Below are positions 30,018 through 40,311 of a DNA stretch of 64,000 nt, in pieces; the stretch's first letter is position 1, and each line of letters opens with the position of its first letter. The notes beneath the pieces were generated by a model. It made no database searches, had not been told where the DNA came from, and saw only the letters and a list, made by a program, of their open reading frames with translations. The DNA comes from Candidatus Hodarchaeota archaeon. GTDB taxonomy: Archaea > Asgardarchaeota > Heimdallarchaeia > Hodarchaeales > Hodarchaeaceae. The DNA lies in contig JAEOTC010000086.1 in NCBI GenBank assembly GCA_016840035.1, positions 83,175-147,174 on the forward strand. The letters are read 5' to 3'. The position numbers and the translations under genes were made by a program.

Positions 30018-31121
30018 ATGTTTCGTATCTTGCGGATGCCATCTGATTCGATATGGCAAGATCCAGAACTCTCCAAGAGGCTAGCTCGATATCGTGCAAT
30101 TTGTAAAGGAGAAAAAACTGCAAGGTATTTAATCGCAAAAAAAACTCCAGTTAAAAATCCTGTCAATTCTGAAAATGATATTGAAGATTTATGGAACAAT
30201 CATGATGAAACACGTGAAGTGTTTAATATCATTTTAAACAATATAGATAAAGGAAAAACGACATTAACGGAACTAAAAACACCTACTACAAATTTTTTAG
30301 ATCTTAAAACTAAGATTGCTGATAAGATTATTGAAAATTGTCACTTTTGTGAACGAAGGTGTTATGTAAATCGGAAGGTAGGAGAAAAGGGAGTCTGTAA
30401 AGTTGGAGTGAATTCTATTGTATCTTCCGCGTTTTTACATGTTGGAGAGGAACCACCCCTAGTCCCTTCTGGAACAATTTTTTTTGCCTCCTGTGTTTTC
30501 AAATGTGTTTTTTGCCAAAATTATGACATTTCACAGAACCTTCAAGGCGATGAAGTAGAATACACTTATTTAGTGGACTTACAGAGGAAACTTATATCCG
30601 AGGGTGCAATAAACATTAATTGGGTTGGGGGTGATCCAATTCCAAATGTACACAATATACTACACTCCCTCCGAGAGCTGGATAAGAATATTGTACAACT
30701 CTGGAATTCAAACATGTATTTATCACAAGAATCAATGAGCTTACTTGTCGATATTATGGATTTCTGGCTCCCTGATCTGAAGTTTCGTGAAAATTCTTTT
30801 GCAAAACGAATGTCTGGAATTGAAAACTACTGGGAGGTAGTAACTCGGAATATTAAATATGCTTATACCGTAGGATCGCGTGAAATCATTATCCGCCACC
30901 TTTGTATGCCTAATCGAATCGAAATAGACACATTCCCAATATTAGATTGGGTAAACCACGAAGTTCCCTTATCCTTTGTGAATATAATGGCTCAATATCG
31001 CCCTGAATACCGTGCTCATAGGAGTGAATATCAAGATATTAACAGGCGTGTTTCCTCTGCTGAGATGCAGCTTGCACGAGATTATGCTGACAAGAAAGGA
31101 ATTGCTTGGAGACAGGTGTAA
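30018..31121 (+). CDS. Radical SAM protein, PflX-like
   Basis: CHFCERRC, HVGEEPPLVPSGTIFF, CVFKCVFC and MAQYRP motifs. Confidence 0.9.
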   Translation: MFRILRMPSDSIWQDPELSKRLARYRAICKGEKTARYLIAKKTPVKNPVNSENDIEDLWNNHDETREVFNIILNNIDKGKTTLTELKTPTTNFLDLKTKIADKIIENCHFCERRCYVNRKVGEKGVCKVGVNSIVSSAFLHVGEEPPLVPSGTIFFASCVFKCVFCQNYDISQNLQGDEVEYTYLVDLQRKLISEGAININWVGGDPIPNVHNILHSLRELDKNIVQLWNSNMYLSQESMSLLVDIMDFWLPDLKFRENSFAKRMSGIENYWEVVTRNIKYAYTVGSREIIIRHLCMPNRIEIDTFPILDWVNHEVPLSFVNIMAQYRPEYRAHRSEYQDINRRVSSAEMQLARDYADKKGIAWRQV

Positions 31122-31190
31122 AATACTAAGGGGAATATAAAAAACGAAAGTCTATTAGGAATCAGTTTTCCCTTTGAAAATCATCCTTGA

Positions 31191-32396
31191 ATGAATCTCC
31201 TTGTCTTGTACAGTGCTTTATCATTGGAGTTTCCGTTAATGAGTGATCAGAACCAAAATCTTGAATCTTTCTATACTGCGTACGAACTCTTGGTTAAGAC
31301 TGCCAAAAAAACGGTGAATTCCATAAACGAAAACCCCATACAATTAGTAAAGTTTTGTAAGATTATCCAGGAAGCGAAAAATAATCGAATTCATCTTGTT
31401 GGGATGGGTAGATCAGGAAAAGTTGGAATGCTATTTGGAGAGATGTTGAAGAACATAGGTTATGAAGTTTCATATCTGGGTAAGAGTTTAGCTAAACCAG
31501 TGAGAGCTGATGATGTTGTGATTGGAGTTACTGGTTCAGGATGGACAAATTTTACTACTAAGGCCATACAAAATGCTATTCTTCGGAAAGCTAAAATTTT
31601 AGTCTATACTGGAGATCAGAAATCTCTAGCTGCACGACTGGCAGATTCAATAATTTTAATTCCAAAAAGCTACATGAGATCAGAAACTTCAAGCTCTAAA
31701 TCTCCAAGACAATTATCCTCTGGAGCACCTCTAACACCATTAGGTACGTTGTTCGAAATGACAACAATGGCAATTGGATTTGGGATTGTGGCCGGACTTA
31801 GAGAGGATTCGAGTGTGAAAGGATTCAATGAAGGAATTAACAAAGTTTTTACGGCTGTAGATGAAACTTTAACTAAAATAAAAGTGAATTCAACTCCCTT
31901 ACAACACTTTATTAATGCACTTGAACCTTATTCGCTCAATCCAGCGAATAACGTCTTTATTTTTGGGAGTGGATTAGATTCGATAATTGCTAGTATCTCT
32001 TCGATTAGATTAAGTCACCTTGGAATCCATGTGAAATCTACTTATGATTGGCGATTTCGAACAAAAGATGATTTGTTGGTAGGTATTTCAGGTTCAGGGG
32101 TATCTAGAAGAACACTGGAACAAGTGAAAAGCGCTAAACTATCTAAAATGAAAATTCTTGGCTTAACGTCATTTCCTGAATCTGCTTTAGCAGAGGATAG
32201 TGATATACTATTAGAAATTGAGGGGAGACATGAGGAAGTGAGTGCTGATTTCCGAAAGATATCAGATATGAGTTTTTTCGTTCCTTCATTTGAATACGCC
32301 GCTGCAATTGCTTTAGATTCATGTGTAGCTCAAATTGCTGATAATTTAGGCATTACAGAAGAATCTATGAAAGCAGAACATGCAAATATTGAATGA
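31191..32396 (+). CDS. hxlB: 6-phospho-3-hexuloisomerase with tandem SIS domains
   Basis: GMGRSG..GVTGSG..PLGTLFE, a second copy GSGLDS..ISGSG..PSFE, and C-terminal HANIE. Confidence 0.85.
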   Translation: MNLLVLYSALSLEFPLMSDQNQNLESFYTAYELLVKTAKKTVNSINENPIQLVKFCKIIQEAKNNRIHLVGMGRSGKVGMLFGEMLKNIGYEVSYLGKSLAKPVRADDVVIGVTGSGWTNFTTKAIQNAILRKAKILVYTGDQKSLAARLADSIILIPKSYMRSETSSSKSPRQLSSGAPLTPLGTLFEMTTMAIGFGIVAGLREDSSVKGFNEGINKVFTAVDETLTKIKVNSTPLQHFINALEPYSLNPANNVFIFGSGLDSIIASISSIRLSHLGIHVKSTYDWRFRTKDDLLVGISGSGVSRRTLEQVKSAKLSKMKILGLTSFPESALAEDSDILLEIEGRHEEVSADFRKISDMSFFVPSFEYAAAIALDSCVAQIADNLGITEESMKAEHANIE

Positions 32397-32405
32397 TAGG
32401 AACCT

Positions 32406-33155
32406 TCAAGAATTAAGAGAGTCGAGGAATTTTTTCAATTCAACAAGGGGCTCCTCTGCTTGATAGATAGCTCTTCCCACAATAATTATGTCAGAACCAC
32501 TTTTCAAAGGTTTTTGAACATTTTCTAAGGTGATACCTCCTGCTACCGCTATTAAACTGGGAACTAGTGACTTATATTTCTTAATTATTTCCCAAGAATA
32601 TTCCTTTCCTGAGAGTTCTTCATCAATCCCTCTATGAATGATTAAAACATCAGGAAAGAGTTCTAATGCTTCGATCTTCTTTTCAAACGCATAAAATGGG
32701 ACTCCCAACGTGTCAACCCAGCTATCGATATTCAAGGTTTTGCATTCACTGATAAAATTGTCAATTGTAGCGATAGGGGCAAGTCCAGAAACTACACAGG
32801 CATCAACTTTTGCTTGAGCACCAATATTTACTTCAAGTTTACCGACATCTAATGTCTTGAAATCAGCAATAATGTAGTTTGAGGGAAAAAATTCCCGACA
32901 GAATGGAGCTATCTTGCGTAAGCCTTCATTCTTCAGGAAAGGAGTACCAATTTCTATCAATAGTTGAGAAGAAGTAATTTTTGCTATTTTCATAAAGAGA
33001 TTTCTTACTTCAGATACTATAGGGATATCTATCGCAAGTTGGAGATATGGAGGGAATTTCAAGCTATTGGATCTTTGAGAGTTCAACTTTATGTTCATCT
33101 TATTTCTAAGACTCAGATTAATTGAAGGGAATAAATGTTGTCTGTAGATTATCAA
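32406..33155 (-). CDS. hxlA: 3-hexulose-6-phosphate synthase (OMPDC/HUMPS family)
   Basis: LQLAID, IEIGTP, ADFKTLDVG, HRGIDEE, VAGGI and VGRAI motifs. Confidence 0.88.
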   Translation of the reverse strand: MIIYRQHLFPSINLSLRNKMNIKLNSQRSNSLKFPPYLQLAIDIPIVSEVRNLFMKIAKITSSQLLIEIGTPFLKNEGLRKIAPFCREFFPSNYIIADFKTLDVGKLEVNIGAQAKVDACVVSGLAPIATIDNFISECKTLNIDSWVDTLGVPFYAFEKKIEALELFPDVLIIHRGIDEELSGKEYSWEIIKKYKSLVPSLIAVAGGITLENVQKPLKSGSDIIIVGRAIYQAEEPLVELKKFLDSLNS

Positions 33156-34242
33156 AGGAAGGGTATTCTTCAGCCATACCTACTTGTGCTTTCGGAAATT
33201 TCGTAATAATTTCCTGAGTAATTTCCTCTAATAAGGCAGCATTAGTTAGGAGCCTTTGTTTTTCATAATCAATATGAACTAAGTTCGCTGGAATATCCAA
33301 GTCTAGGACAAGGTACCGTTTTACCTCTTCCAAATCATAATCTACAGTTTTGATGATTCCTCTAATGAGGAGTCCTTTGTCAGTTCCCTCTTCTATGACA
33401 ACATCCGAAGGAAGTTTAGTGTTCATTGCCAATCGAAATAATCTGTTCGGTAATTGTACATTGTCCTTAGTGGCAAGTGCACAATAATGAACTGGAATTT
33501 TTGTATTCATCGTGGCCCATTCAACTATTTCCATTGCCAGCCTTGAACTATTCTTTACGGCAGACAGTCTAACCTCGTCAACTTCTAATTTATGAGAAAG
33601 AATATTCCTATAATTTGTTTCGCTTATCTCTAGTTCATTAAGATTTATGAAAAAAAAACGATTATCTTTAGGGATTATAGTTTCAAATTTCTTTATAATT
33701 TCTTGGTAGAAACTCATTCCTTTTGTTGGGATAACAGGTATTTCAATTCCAACATCAATTTCAAACTGTATGGCAAGTTGGATGGTTTTAATTTCCTTCT
33801 TAATGTTCAGAACATGAAATCTGATCTCATCCAGATAGGGAGTAATTTCTTTTAATAATGATTTATTTAGATCTTTTCCTCTTGTGTAGGCATGAATATG
33901 AAAATTTTCAGAAAAATGTTCTTTTAATGCCTTACAATATGAAAGAGTTTTATTAAACGAATGTAATTCAAGTGGATCTCCGCCTGTCATACTTGCTCCT
34001 TTGGCATTCATGTGTACAGCCTCAACAAGAAGTTCTGAGATGCTAGAAAAGGGGCGTTCATTGGCAAATGATGTCTTAGCTTCCTTTCGCTCAATACTTA
34101 AAGGACAATAAAAACAGCTACTCGAACATTGTGAACTAACCAGAACGACCATTTTCTCCCCTGATATGCATTGTTGACATCCTCTGGATATTGAACCAGA
34201 AAACATGCTTCCCCAATTAGTTTTCTTAGGTTTATTAGTCAT
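33118..34242 (-). CDS. Radical SAM protein (MJ0021-like)
   Basis: GCQQC..GEKMV, CSSSCFYCP, TGGDP, LDEIRFH and NLNELE motifs. Confidence 0.88.
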   Translation of the reverse strand: MTNKPKKTNWGSMFSGSISRGCQQCISGEKMVVLVSSQCSSSCFYCPLSIERKEAKTSFANERPFSSISELLVEAVHMNAKGASMTGGDPLELHSFNKTLSYCKALKEHFSENFHIHAYTRGKDLNKSLLKEITPYLDEIRFHVLNIKKEIKTIQLAIQFEIDVGIEIPVIPTKGMSFYQEIIKKFETIIPKDNRFFFINLNELEISETNYRNILSHKLEVDEVRLSAVKNSSRLAMEIVEWATMNTKIPVHYCALATKDNVQLPNRLFRLAMNTKLPSDVVIEEGTDKGLLIRGIIKTVDYDLEEVKRYLVLDLDIPANLVHIDYEKQRLLTNAALLEEITQEIITKFPKAQVGMAEEYPSFDNLQTTFIPFN

Positions 34243-34292
34243 ATTATCCCGTTTGAAGAAGAATTCAGCTTAAAATAAGTACTTACTACGTG

Positions 34293-34532
34293 TTAGAATT
34301 CCTGGAAATGAACAAGGAAGTGATCGCCCTGGGAAACGACTTTATAAACTCCAGGTAAGTCTCTCCGACCAAGTACTTTTTTTGTATAAAATTTAAGTTT
34401 TCTAGAAGAAAGATCCTTCGCAACTAAGGTTTTTCCTTCCTTTTTTGTTTTAATACCTTCTTTCTCTTTGATCATTTTTGCTAAGTCATCTAGTATATCT
34501 GGGTCTGGAATGTTTGAAAGATCTACCTTCAT
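34293..34532 (-). CDS. rpl22e: Ribosomal protein eL22 (L22e)
   Basis: SSRKLKFYTKKVLGRRDL...YKVVS resembles eukaryotic SKRYLKYLTKKYLKKNNL...LRVVA. Confidence 0.8.
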   Translation of the reverse strand: MKVDLSNIPDPDILDDLAKMIKEKEGIKTKKEGKTLVAKDLSSRKLKFYTKKVLGRRDLPGVYKVVSQGDHFLVHFQEF

Positions 34533-34571
34533 ACTTTTTCACCTATATGATGTTGATTAGGGTAAACTCTA

Positions 34572-35084
34572 CTAATTAATATCTGAATCACTAAGATCTG
34601 GAAGAGAAATGTCAATATAATCAAGGAGTACTGATAGATTATTATTATTGCGCATTTCTATAAGGTTAGTTTCGGCAGCAATAAATCTAGTGCATTCTCC
34701 TGCCTGGGATGATGTCGTTAAATTTCTATATGAGCATGCACGACTAATATCAAGAATAACGGATTCGAAAGGTCGTGATAACAGTTCCTGACGCACTTGA
34801 GATTCTGAAAATAAGCCGCTGGCTAAACCTGAAGATATAATCGGTTCAGCTTTCATTATATATTGGAGGAGACAGTTTATATGTCCAATATAACCATTAT
34901 CGACTTCCGCAACAATTTTTTCGTCAAACAGATCGTTTAATTCAACTCTATTTCCGCAATGAGAACAGATTAATCTTCCATTATTTGCAACGATTTCATA
35001 TATTAAAAATTCATTGAAATCATTGTCTTTTATTTCCAACTGGATCGATTCTCCGTAAAATATTCTTAGGAACGAGTTTTCCAC
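34572..35084 (-). CDS. Hypothetical protein with possible Zn-binding motifs
   Basis: CSHC and HINC motifs; family not recognised. Confidence 0.55.
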   Translation of the reverse strand: MENSFLRIFYGESIQLEIKDNDFNEFLIYEIVANNGRLICSHCGNRVELNDLFDEKIVAEVDNGYIGHINCLLQYIMKAEPIISSGLASGLFSESQVRQELLSRPFESVILDISRACSYRNLTTSSQAGECTRFIAAETNLIEMRNNNNLSVLLDYIDISLPDLSDSDIN

Positions 35085-35373
35085 TACATTGTGCCGTCTA
35101 TTTCTGAAATATTTATAGTATTTTCTTAGGGAAAATACATAAATTTTGATTCCTTGGGTATTGGATTTTCCTATGAAGGTGTTAGATCAGTGATGAAACT
35201 TAAAAAGTAAAAATCATATATACGAAAAGAAAGGTTTTTCTAGATTTTTTGATTAGGCTGTCACAGAGAAGCTTGGAATTCAGAGCTCAATAAGATTGTT
35301 CTGACATCGTATATATTCCAAAAAATTGAGTATCTCTATATTCAATTCAATTAGAAGGTCTGGGTGATCAAAA

Positions 35374-35649
35374 ATGGAAGATAAAATTGAAAATTCAAAG
35401 ATGTTGTTACAGCAAATTTCATCAGATCATAGTGTACCAAAAAACATCAGAAGAGCGGCTAAAGAAGCATATATGGCGGTAACAGGTAAGAATAGCCAAG
35501 ATGATGACCCACCTGAAGTACGGGCGAATTTTGCTATTTCTATTCTGGATGAAATTAGTCAGGATCCAAATTGTCCTCTTTTTGCACGTACCAAAATATG
35601 GGGTATTTTGTCCTTACTAGAAACCATTACATCAGAGTCTCAGGAATAA
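35374..35649 (+). CDS. UPF0147 family protein
   Basis: DHSVPKNIRRAA...LDEISQDPNCP..RTKIW. Confidence 0.9.
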   Translation: MEDKIENSKMLLQQISSDHSVPKNIRRAAKEAYMAVTGKNSQDDDPPEVRANFAISILDEISQDPNCPLFARTKIWGILSLLETITSESQE

Positions 35650-35758
35650 AGTTGGGCACGGTAAAACGCCATAACTAGCGTTTTTCCTTCTTTTTTTAGT
35701 ATAAAAAATAAATGAATAGTTTCTCATTAAAGAGAAAAAAATCCATGTTCGGAGAGCT

Positions 35759-35959
35759 CTAAACCTCTTCCACAGGTATATTTAAGTTTTGGACAATTTG
35801 ATTAGCTTCTTTCGGAGATGTTTTAAAAGTATAGAGACGTTTTTTTGTTCTAAGTTTCAATTTCACAATATCAGAGTCTTTTAATCGTTTGACATAACAA
35901 ACAGATGCTAAATCAAGGGTGGCCATAAATTCTTCTTTGGATTTTAACTCTTCTGGCAA
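35759..35959 (-). CDS. rpl38e: Ribosomal protein eL38
   Basis: KLKLRTKKRLYT motif; TTG start. Confidence 0.88.
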   Translation of the reverse strand: MPEELKSKEEFMATLDLASVCYVKRLKDSDIVKLKLRTKKRLYTFKTSPKEANQIVQNLNIPVEEV

Positions 35960-36040
35960 TTCTATTTCTTCCTGTATGAATTTTACTCGTAATTGTCCTT
36001 TCTTGAAATGAATTTTTATTTTTAATTCATTTTTTCCTAT

Positions 36041-36571
36041 CTATTTACTTAGATTCTCTTTGGAGAAATACTCTTTCACCTCTCCCCCACAATCCGGACA
36101 ATGCTGATGTGATCCTCGAATGACTGTTTTACAATTTTTACATTTTAGATAAGTCTTTCGTATCTCTGTGATTTCTTTCCCGCTGATTACATATATCGGA
36201 ATTCTAATCTGCTTCGCGATATTTTGCAAAGCAAGGTCATTTGTCACCAATACGCCCCCTTCTTGCTTGGCCAAGGATAAAACTTCAATATCCGTTTTGG
36301 AAAGACGTGTTTTAGGATCTAGCTCAAGTATTTTATTTTTGACTGTTTCTATAATTAGAGGGTCAGGAGATGATACTTTTAACTTATTGGTTTGGAGCAT
36401 GACATCTGAATTCATCTTTGATCGAAAATCTTTCAATTCTTGTAAAACCGAATTGACTGTCATAAATTTTCTGACCCTAAGAGTCTGAAGACCTGGAAAA
36501 TCTAGTCTGATAAATACTGTTGAATCTAATACAAATATTTGCTGAGAATTCTTGTTCAAGTCTAGTCTCAA
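36041..36571 (-). CDS. nob1: Nob1-like PIN endonuclease with Zn ribbon
   Basis: VLDST, LSKTD, TNDLALQNIA, CKNC..CPDCG motifs. Confidence 0.88.
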   Translation of the reverse strand: MRLDLNKNSQQIFVLDSTVFIRLDFPGLQTLRVRKFMTVNSVLQELKDFRSKMNSDVMLQTNKLKVSSPDPLIIETVKNKILELDPKTRLSKTDIEVLSLAKQEGGVLVTNDLALQNIAKQIRIPIYVISGKEITEIRKTYLKCKNCKTVIRGSHQHCPDCGGEVKEYFSKENLSK

Positions 36572-37428
36572 TCCCCAATTTCAGGATGTAAGTGCTGTCG
36601 CCATCTTGAAGTAAAATGACGTCGCCGATAGAATTTTACTTTTTCTTGAGACAAAGAAATAGAGAATTTTACAGGTGTAGTATATTCTACACTAACCTGT
36701 CCATCAAATACCATTTTGATAGGATTAATTCTAGTTGAACAAATTATATCAATATTACGTGAACGATTTAGAATCACAGGACGAGAAGCTAAATTTATCG
36801 GATTAATCCATGAAATTATTATCCCCTGTAGGTTAGGATCCATAATACTCCCCCCACTAGATAAACTATGACCAGTTGAACCAATAGGAGTTGCTATAAT
36901 TATTCCATCAGCGGGAGAACCTGAAATAACTTCATTTTCCACAAGTACTTTAAAATCGATTGGTTTTAGTAGATCACCTGAAGTAATTAAGATTTCATTG
37001 ATTGCAGATCCTTGTAGATCTTTATCGATTTTTGCCATTATTTTAGTATGTTCTTCTAGTCGATAATTTCCTTGAAAAAATGATGCTAGAGAGATTTCGA
37101 TCTCATTTAACTCAATCTCTGTCATAAATCCCTTTCTCCCCTTATTAATGGATAAGATTGGGATATCAGGTTTGGCTCGTGCGATTCTAAGAATTGTTCC
37201 ATCTCCACCGATTGAAAGAATACAATCAGTTTTCATTTCTTGGAGTGATACTTTCTGAAATTTTTTGACCAAATCTGGATTATTCTTCTCAAGGAAGGTG
37301 AAAAGTTCAGGATTCAGTGAAAAGGAAATATGTTTGCTCTCATCAAGAGAGAGAATTCGCTTAAGGATATCTATTGTCTCTTCACATAAGACTTGGGAGA
37401 AAATACCAATTTGTGATACTTCTACCAA
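36568..37428 (-). CDS. nadK: NAD kinase
   Basis: GGDGT, NE and DGIIIATPIGSTG motifs. Confidence 0.93.
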   Translation of the reverse strand: MVEVSQIGIFSQVLCEETIDILKRILSLDESKHISFSLNPELFTFLEKNNPDLVKKFQKVSLQEMKTDCILSIGGDGTILRIARAKPDIPILSINKGRKGFMTEIELNEIEISLASFFQGNYRLEEHTKIMAKIDKDLQGSAINEILITSGDLLKPIDFKVLVENEVISGSPADGIIIATPIGSTGHSLSSGGSIMDPNLQGIIISWINPINLASRPVILNRSRNIDIICSTRINPIKMVFDGQVSVEYTTPVKFSISLSQEKVKFYRRRHFTSRWRQHLHPEIGD

Positions 37429-37443
37429 GAATTAAACATCCTT

Positions 37444-37881
37444 CTAGTATTCCATTTCCCGAACTAAAGTAACTTTTTTCCGATCCATTACCTCCCAGTA
37501 ATCGATCTCGATACCCTTTCCAGCCTTAAAAAGTTCATTTAATTTTAACTTTAAATCTTCCTCTGTTGGAGAATCCACAATAAAAGTTTCATATGATTCA
37601 TTGTCCATGACATGTACGAATCCTGTATTCGATTCGACATTGGTTACCTGTCCTGTTTTTTTCTCAATAATAGGAACGTTTACCCGCTTGTCAACAGGCG
37701 AAATTAATTGTCGTTTTTGATTATCAAAAAGACCTATAATCATCATTCGAGCTTTAGCCGCTCCATGTTTACCAGGCTTTGACTTATCGATCGATATTAC
37801 TTTGCATGGTTCATTTGAATCTGGATCAATGATATATCTTCCTACCTTGATGGTACCTATTTTTTTCGGTTCGTACGCCAT
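37444..37881 (-). CDS. eif5a: Translation factor aIF5A
   Basis: SKPGKHGAAK hypusine motif. Confidence 0.96.
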   Translation of the reverse strand: MAYEPKKIGTIKVGRYIIDPDSNEPCKVISIDKSKPGKHGAAKARMMIIGLFDNQKRQLISPVDKRVNVPIIEKKTGQVTNVESNTGFVHVMDNESYETFIVDSPTEEDLKLKLNELFKAGKGIEIDYWEVMDRKKVTLVREMEY

Positions 37882-38096
37882 GGGATAACACCTTTAAAAG
37901 ATTTTACAGGGAATTCCTCTGAAAATCGACTTTAATCTGCAGAGGAAATGCTTAATTTAAATAGTTTTTAACAGCTTACTAGTTATTCCACCATTCTCAT
38001 TGTGTACAATATCTTCTGAATCGTTAAATATCCAAACTAAACTCGATTGGTTTGAAAGAGAAAAGATAGAAAAAGTTAATTTTCAGGTGGAATGAG

Positions 38097-38834
38097 TTGT
38101 TTGCCCCAAAAGGTTTAGGATATGACAGAGGGAGTACTATCTTTAGTCCTGATGGACGATTGTTTCAGGTAGAATATGCTATAGAAGCCGTGAAAAGGGG
38201 CACAACAGCAGTCGGCATTAAAACTGATGAGGGATGCATTCTCGTTGTACAAAAGAGATTACATACCACTCTAATCGAAAAAGAAAATGTAAAGAAGATT
38301 TTCGCAATTGATGATCACATTGCTGTTGCAATTGCGGGTTTAACTGCTGATGCACGTATACTTGTGAATCAGGCACGAATACAAGCCCAAATTCATCAAA
38401 TCACCTATAATGAATCAATCACTGTAGAAAATCTTACATATAGAATAGCGGATATGAAACAAGCATATACTCAACATGCAGGTGTCAGACCTTTTGGAGT
38501 CTCTTTGATCATAGCAGGGGTTGATGAAATTCATGGACCTCAATTGTACATGACAGAACCGAGTGGAAGCTACTGGGGGTATCGTGCCGCAGTGATTGGA
38601 TCTGGAACTCCGATAATCATAGAAGAATTAGAGAAATCTTACCCTAAAATATCTAAGACGATCCAAGAAGGAATAATTATCGCTCTAAAGGCATTACAAA
38701 AAGTGACGGACGATATTTTGGATCCCGAAATGGTAGAAATTGCTGTAATCTCAACTTCTGACAGAAAATTAATCTACTTTAGCTCGATAGATATATTAAA
38801 TCTCATAAAGCAAATTGGAAACACAGAGGAATAG
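38097..38834 (+). CDS. psmA: 20S proteasome alpha subunit
   Basis: YDRGSTIFSPDGRLFQVEYA and RPFGVS motifs. Confidence 0.97.
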   Translation: MFAPKGLGYDRGSTIFSPDGRLFQVEYAIEAVKRGTTAVGIKTDEGCILVVQKRLHTTLIEKENVKKIFAIDDHIAVAIAGLTADARILVNQARIQAQIHQITYNESITVENLTYRIADMKQAYTQHAGVRPFGVSLIIAGVDEIHGPQLYMTEPSGSYWGYRAAVIGSGTPIIIEELEKSYPKISKTIQEGIIIALKALQKVTDDILDPEMVEIAVISTSDRKLIYFSSIDILNLIKQIGNTEE

Positions 38835-38836
38835 TT

Positions 38837-39571
38837 ATGTTACGTGATGCCAGAAGAGTAGATCTTTCAGGAAAATCTGTTGTCCGGGCAAAATTTGAAG
38901 GAAATCGATTCGAACTAATCGTTAATCCTGAACTCGCCCTAAAGTACAAAATGGGTCTACTTGATGAATCGAAAACTATAGATGATATTTTAGAAGTGGA
39001 TGAAATATTTGTAAACGCCAGTAAAGGTGAACGAGCACCAGAGGAGATTCTTAATCATTGTTTCCAGACAACTGACGTAATGGAAATTGCAGAGAAAATT
39101 CTTATCAAAGGAGACTTAAATTTAACGGCAGAACAAAGACAAGAATTCTTTGAAAAGAAAAGAAAACAAATCGTTACCTTACTTGCGAAAACCTGTGTAA
39201 ATCCAAAAACCCGAACACCTCACCCGCCTTTACGAATCGAAAATGCGATGAAAGAGGCTAAAGTGATGATTGATCCATCAAAATCAGCAGAGGAGCAAGT
39301 TAAAGACATCATCGTTGAACTGAGAAAAGTAATTCCTATTAGTATGGAAACTGTAAAACTAGCGGTTCAAATTCCCCCAGAATATACAGGAAAAGCCTTT
39401 GGGGAAATCAAACGTAAAGGACAAATCGAAAAAGACGAATGGCAGAAAGATGGATCATGGATTGCGGTTGTTAGTGTAGCTGCAGGAGTGCAAGGGGAAT
39501 TTATGGAGATGGTTCAAGGAATGACGAAAGGTCGTTCTGAAATCAAAGTCCTAGAACGAATAAGATTATGA
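38837..39571 (+). CDS. Ribosome maturation protein SBDS/Sdo1
   Basis: FVNASKGERA and NPKTRTPHPPLRIE motifs. Confidence 0.95.
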   Translation: MLRDARRVDLSGKSVVRAKFEGNRFELIVNPELALKYKMGLLDESKTIDDILEVDEIFVNASKGERAPEEILNHCFQTTDVMEIAEKILIKGDLNLTAEQRQEFFEKKRKQIVTLLAKTCVNPKTRTPHPPLRIENAMKEAKVMIDPSKSAEEQVKDIIVELRKVIPISMETVKLAVQIPPEYTGKAFGEIKRKGQIEKDEWQKDGSWIAVVSVAAGVQGEFMEMVQGMTKGRSEIKVLERIRL

Positions 39572-39578
39572 TAATAAA

Positions 39579-40295
39579 GTGATCAAAATGGGAATTTTAG
39601 TAAGTAAAAATCAACTGGTTGTACCAGGTGAGGTTTTAGCGCGCGGATCGGGAGTTAATGTCGCCGGTGGAGTATATAGAAAAAAAGTTAAGGGAGAAAC
39701 TGAAATAATAGCCTCCATGATCGGTTTAGTAAAAATACGCAAAGACAGTGTAGGTGTAGTCCCCTTAGAAGGATGTTATATTCCCCTAGAAGGAGATATA
39801 ATAATTGGAAAAATAGTAAAGGTTGGCATTACCTCTTGGAATGTCGATATACGAGGTCCATACGTTGGGGCTCTTCGAGTTAATAGTGTGCTAGATCGCG
39901 ATTTCGATTCTCTTAGAGAAAGTCTGGATCAAGTTTTGAATCATGGTGATGTGATTAAAGCACAAATAACGTATTTTGATAGAACTAGAGATCCAGTACT
40001 CACTATGCAAGGAAGAGGGCTTCGAAAAATTACACATGGTAGATTAATCGAAGTCGATCCTGTCAAGATACCAAGAATTATTGGGAAGAAAGGCAGTATG
40101 ATCCAATTATTAAAGAATATGACAAATGCGCAGATAATTGTGGGTCAAAATGGGCGTATTGTTGTTTCTGCCAACTCCGTTGAGAAAGAAAACTTGGTAA
40201 TTAATGCTATTAGGAAAATTGAAGCGGAAGCTCATACAAGTGGACTTACCGATCGAATAAGAGCTTATTTAGACGCTGAAAAACGAAAATTATGA
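39579..40295 (+). CDS. rrp4: Exosome cap protein Rrp4
   Basis: VVPGE, S1 domain, KH PRIIGKKGSM, GQNG and EAHTSGLT. Confidence 0.95.
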   Translation: MIKMGILVSKNQLVVPGEVLARGSGVNVAGGVYRKKVKGETEIIASMIGLVKIRKDSVGVVPLEGCYIPLEGDIIIGKIVKVGITSWNVDIRGPYVGALRVNSVLDRDFDSLRESLDQVLNHGDVIKAQITYFDRTRDPVLTMQGRGLRKITHGRLIEVDPVKIPRIIGKKGSMIQLLKNMTNAQIIVGQNGRIVVSANSVEKENLVINAIRKIEAEAHTSGLTDRIRAYLDAEKRKL

Positions 40296-40311
40296 TAAAG
40301 GTTGAATTTAA

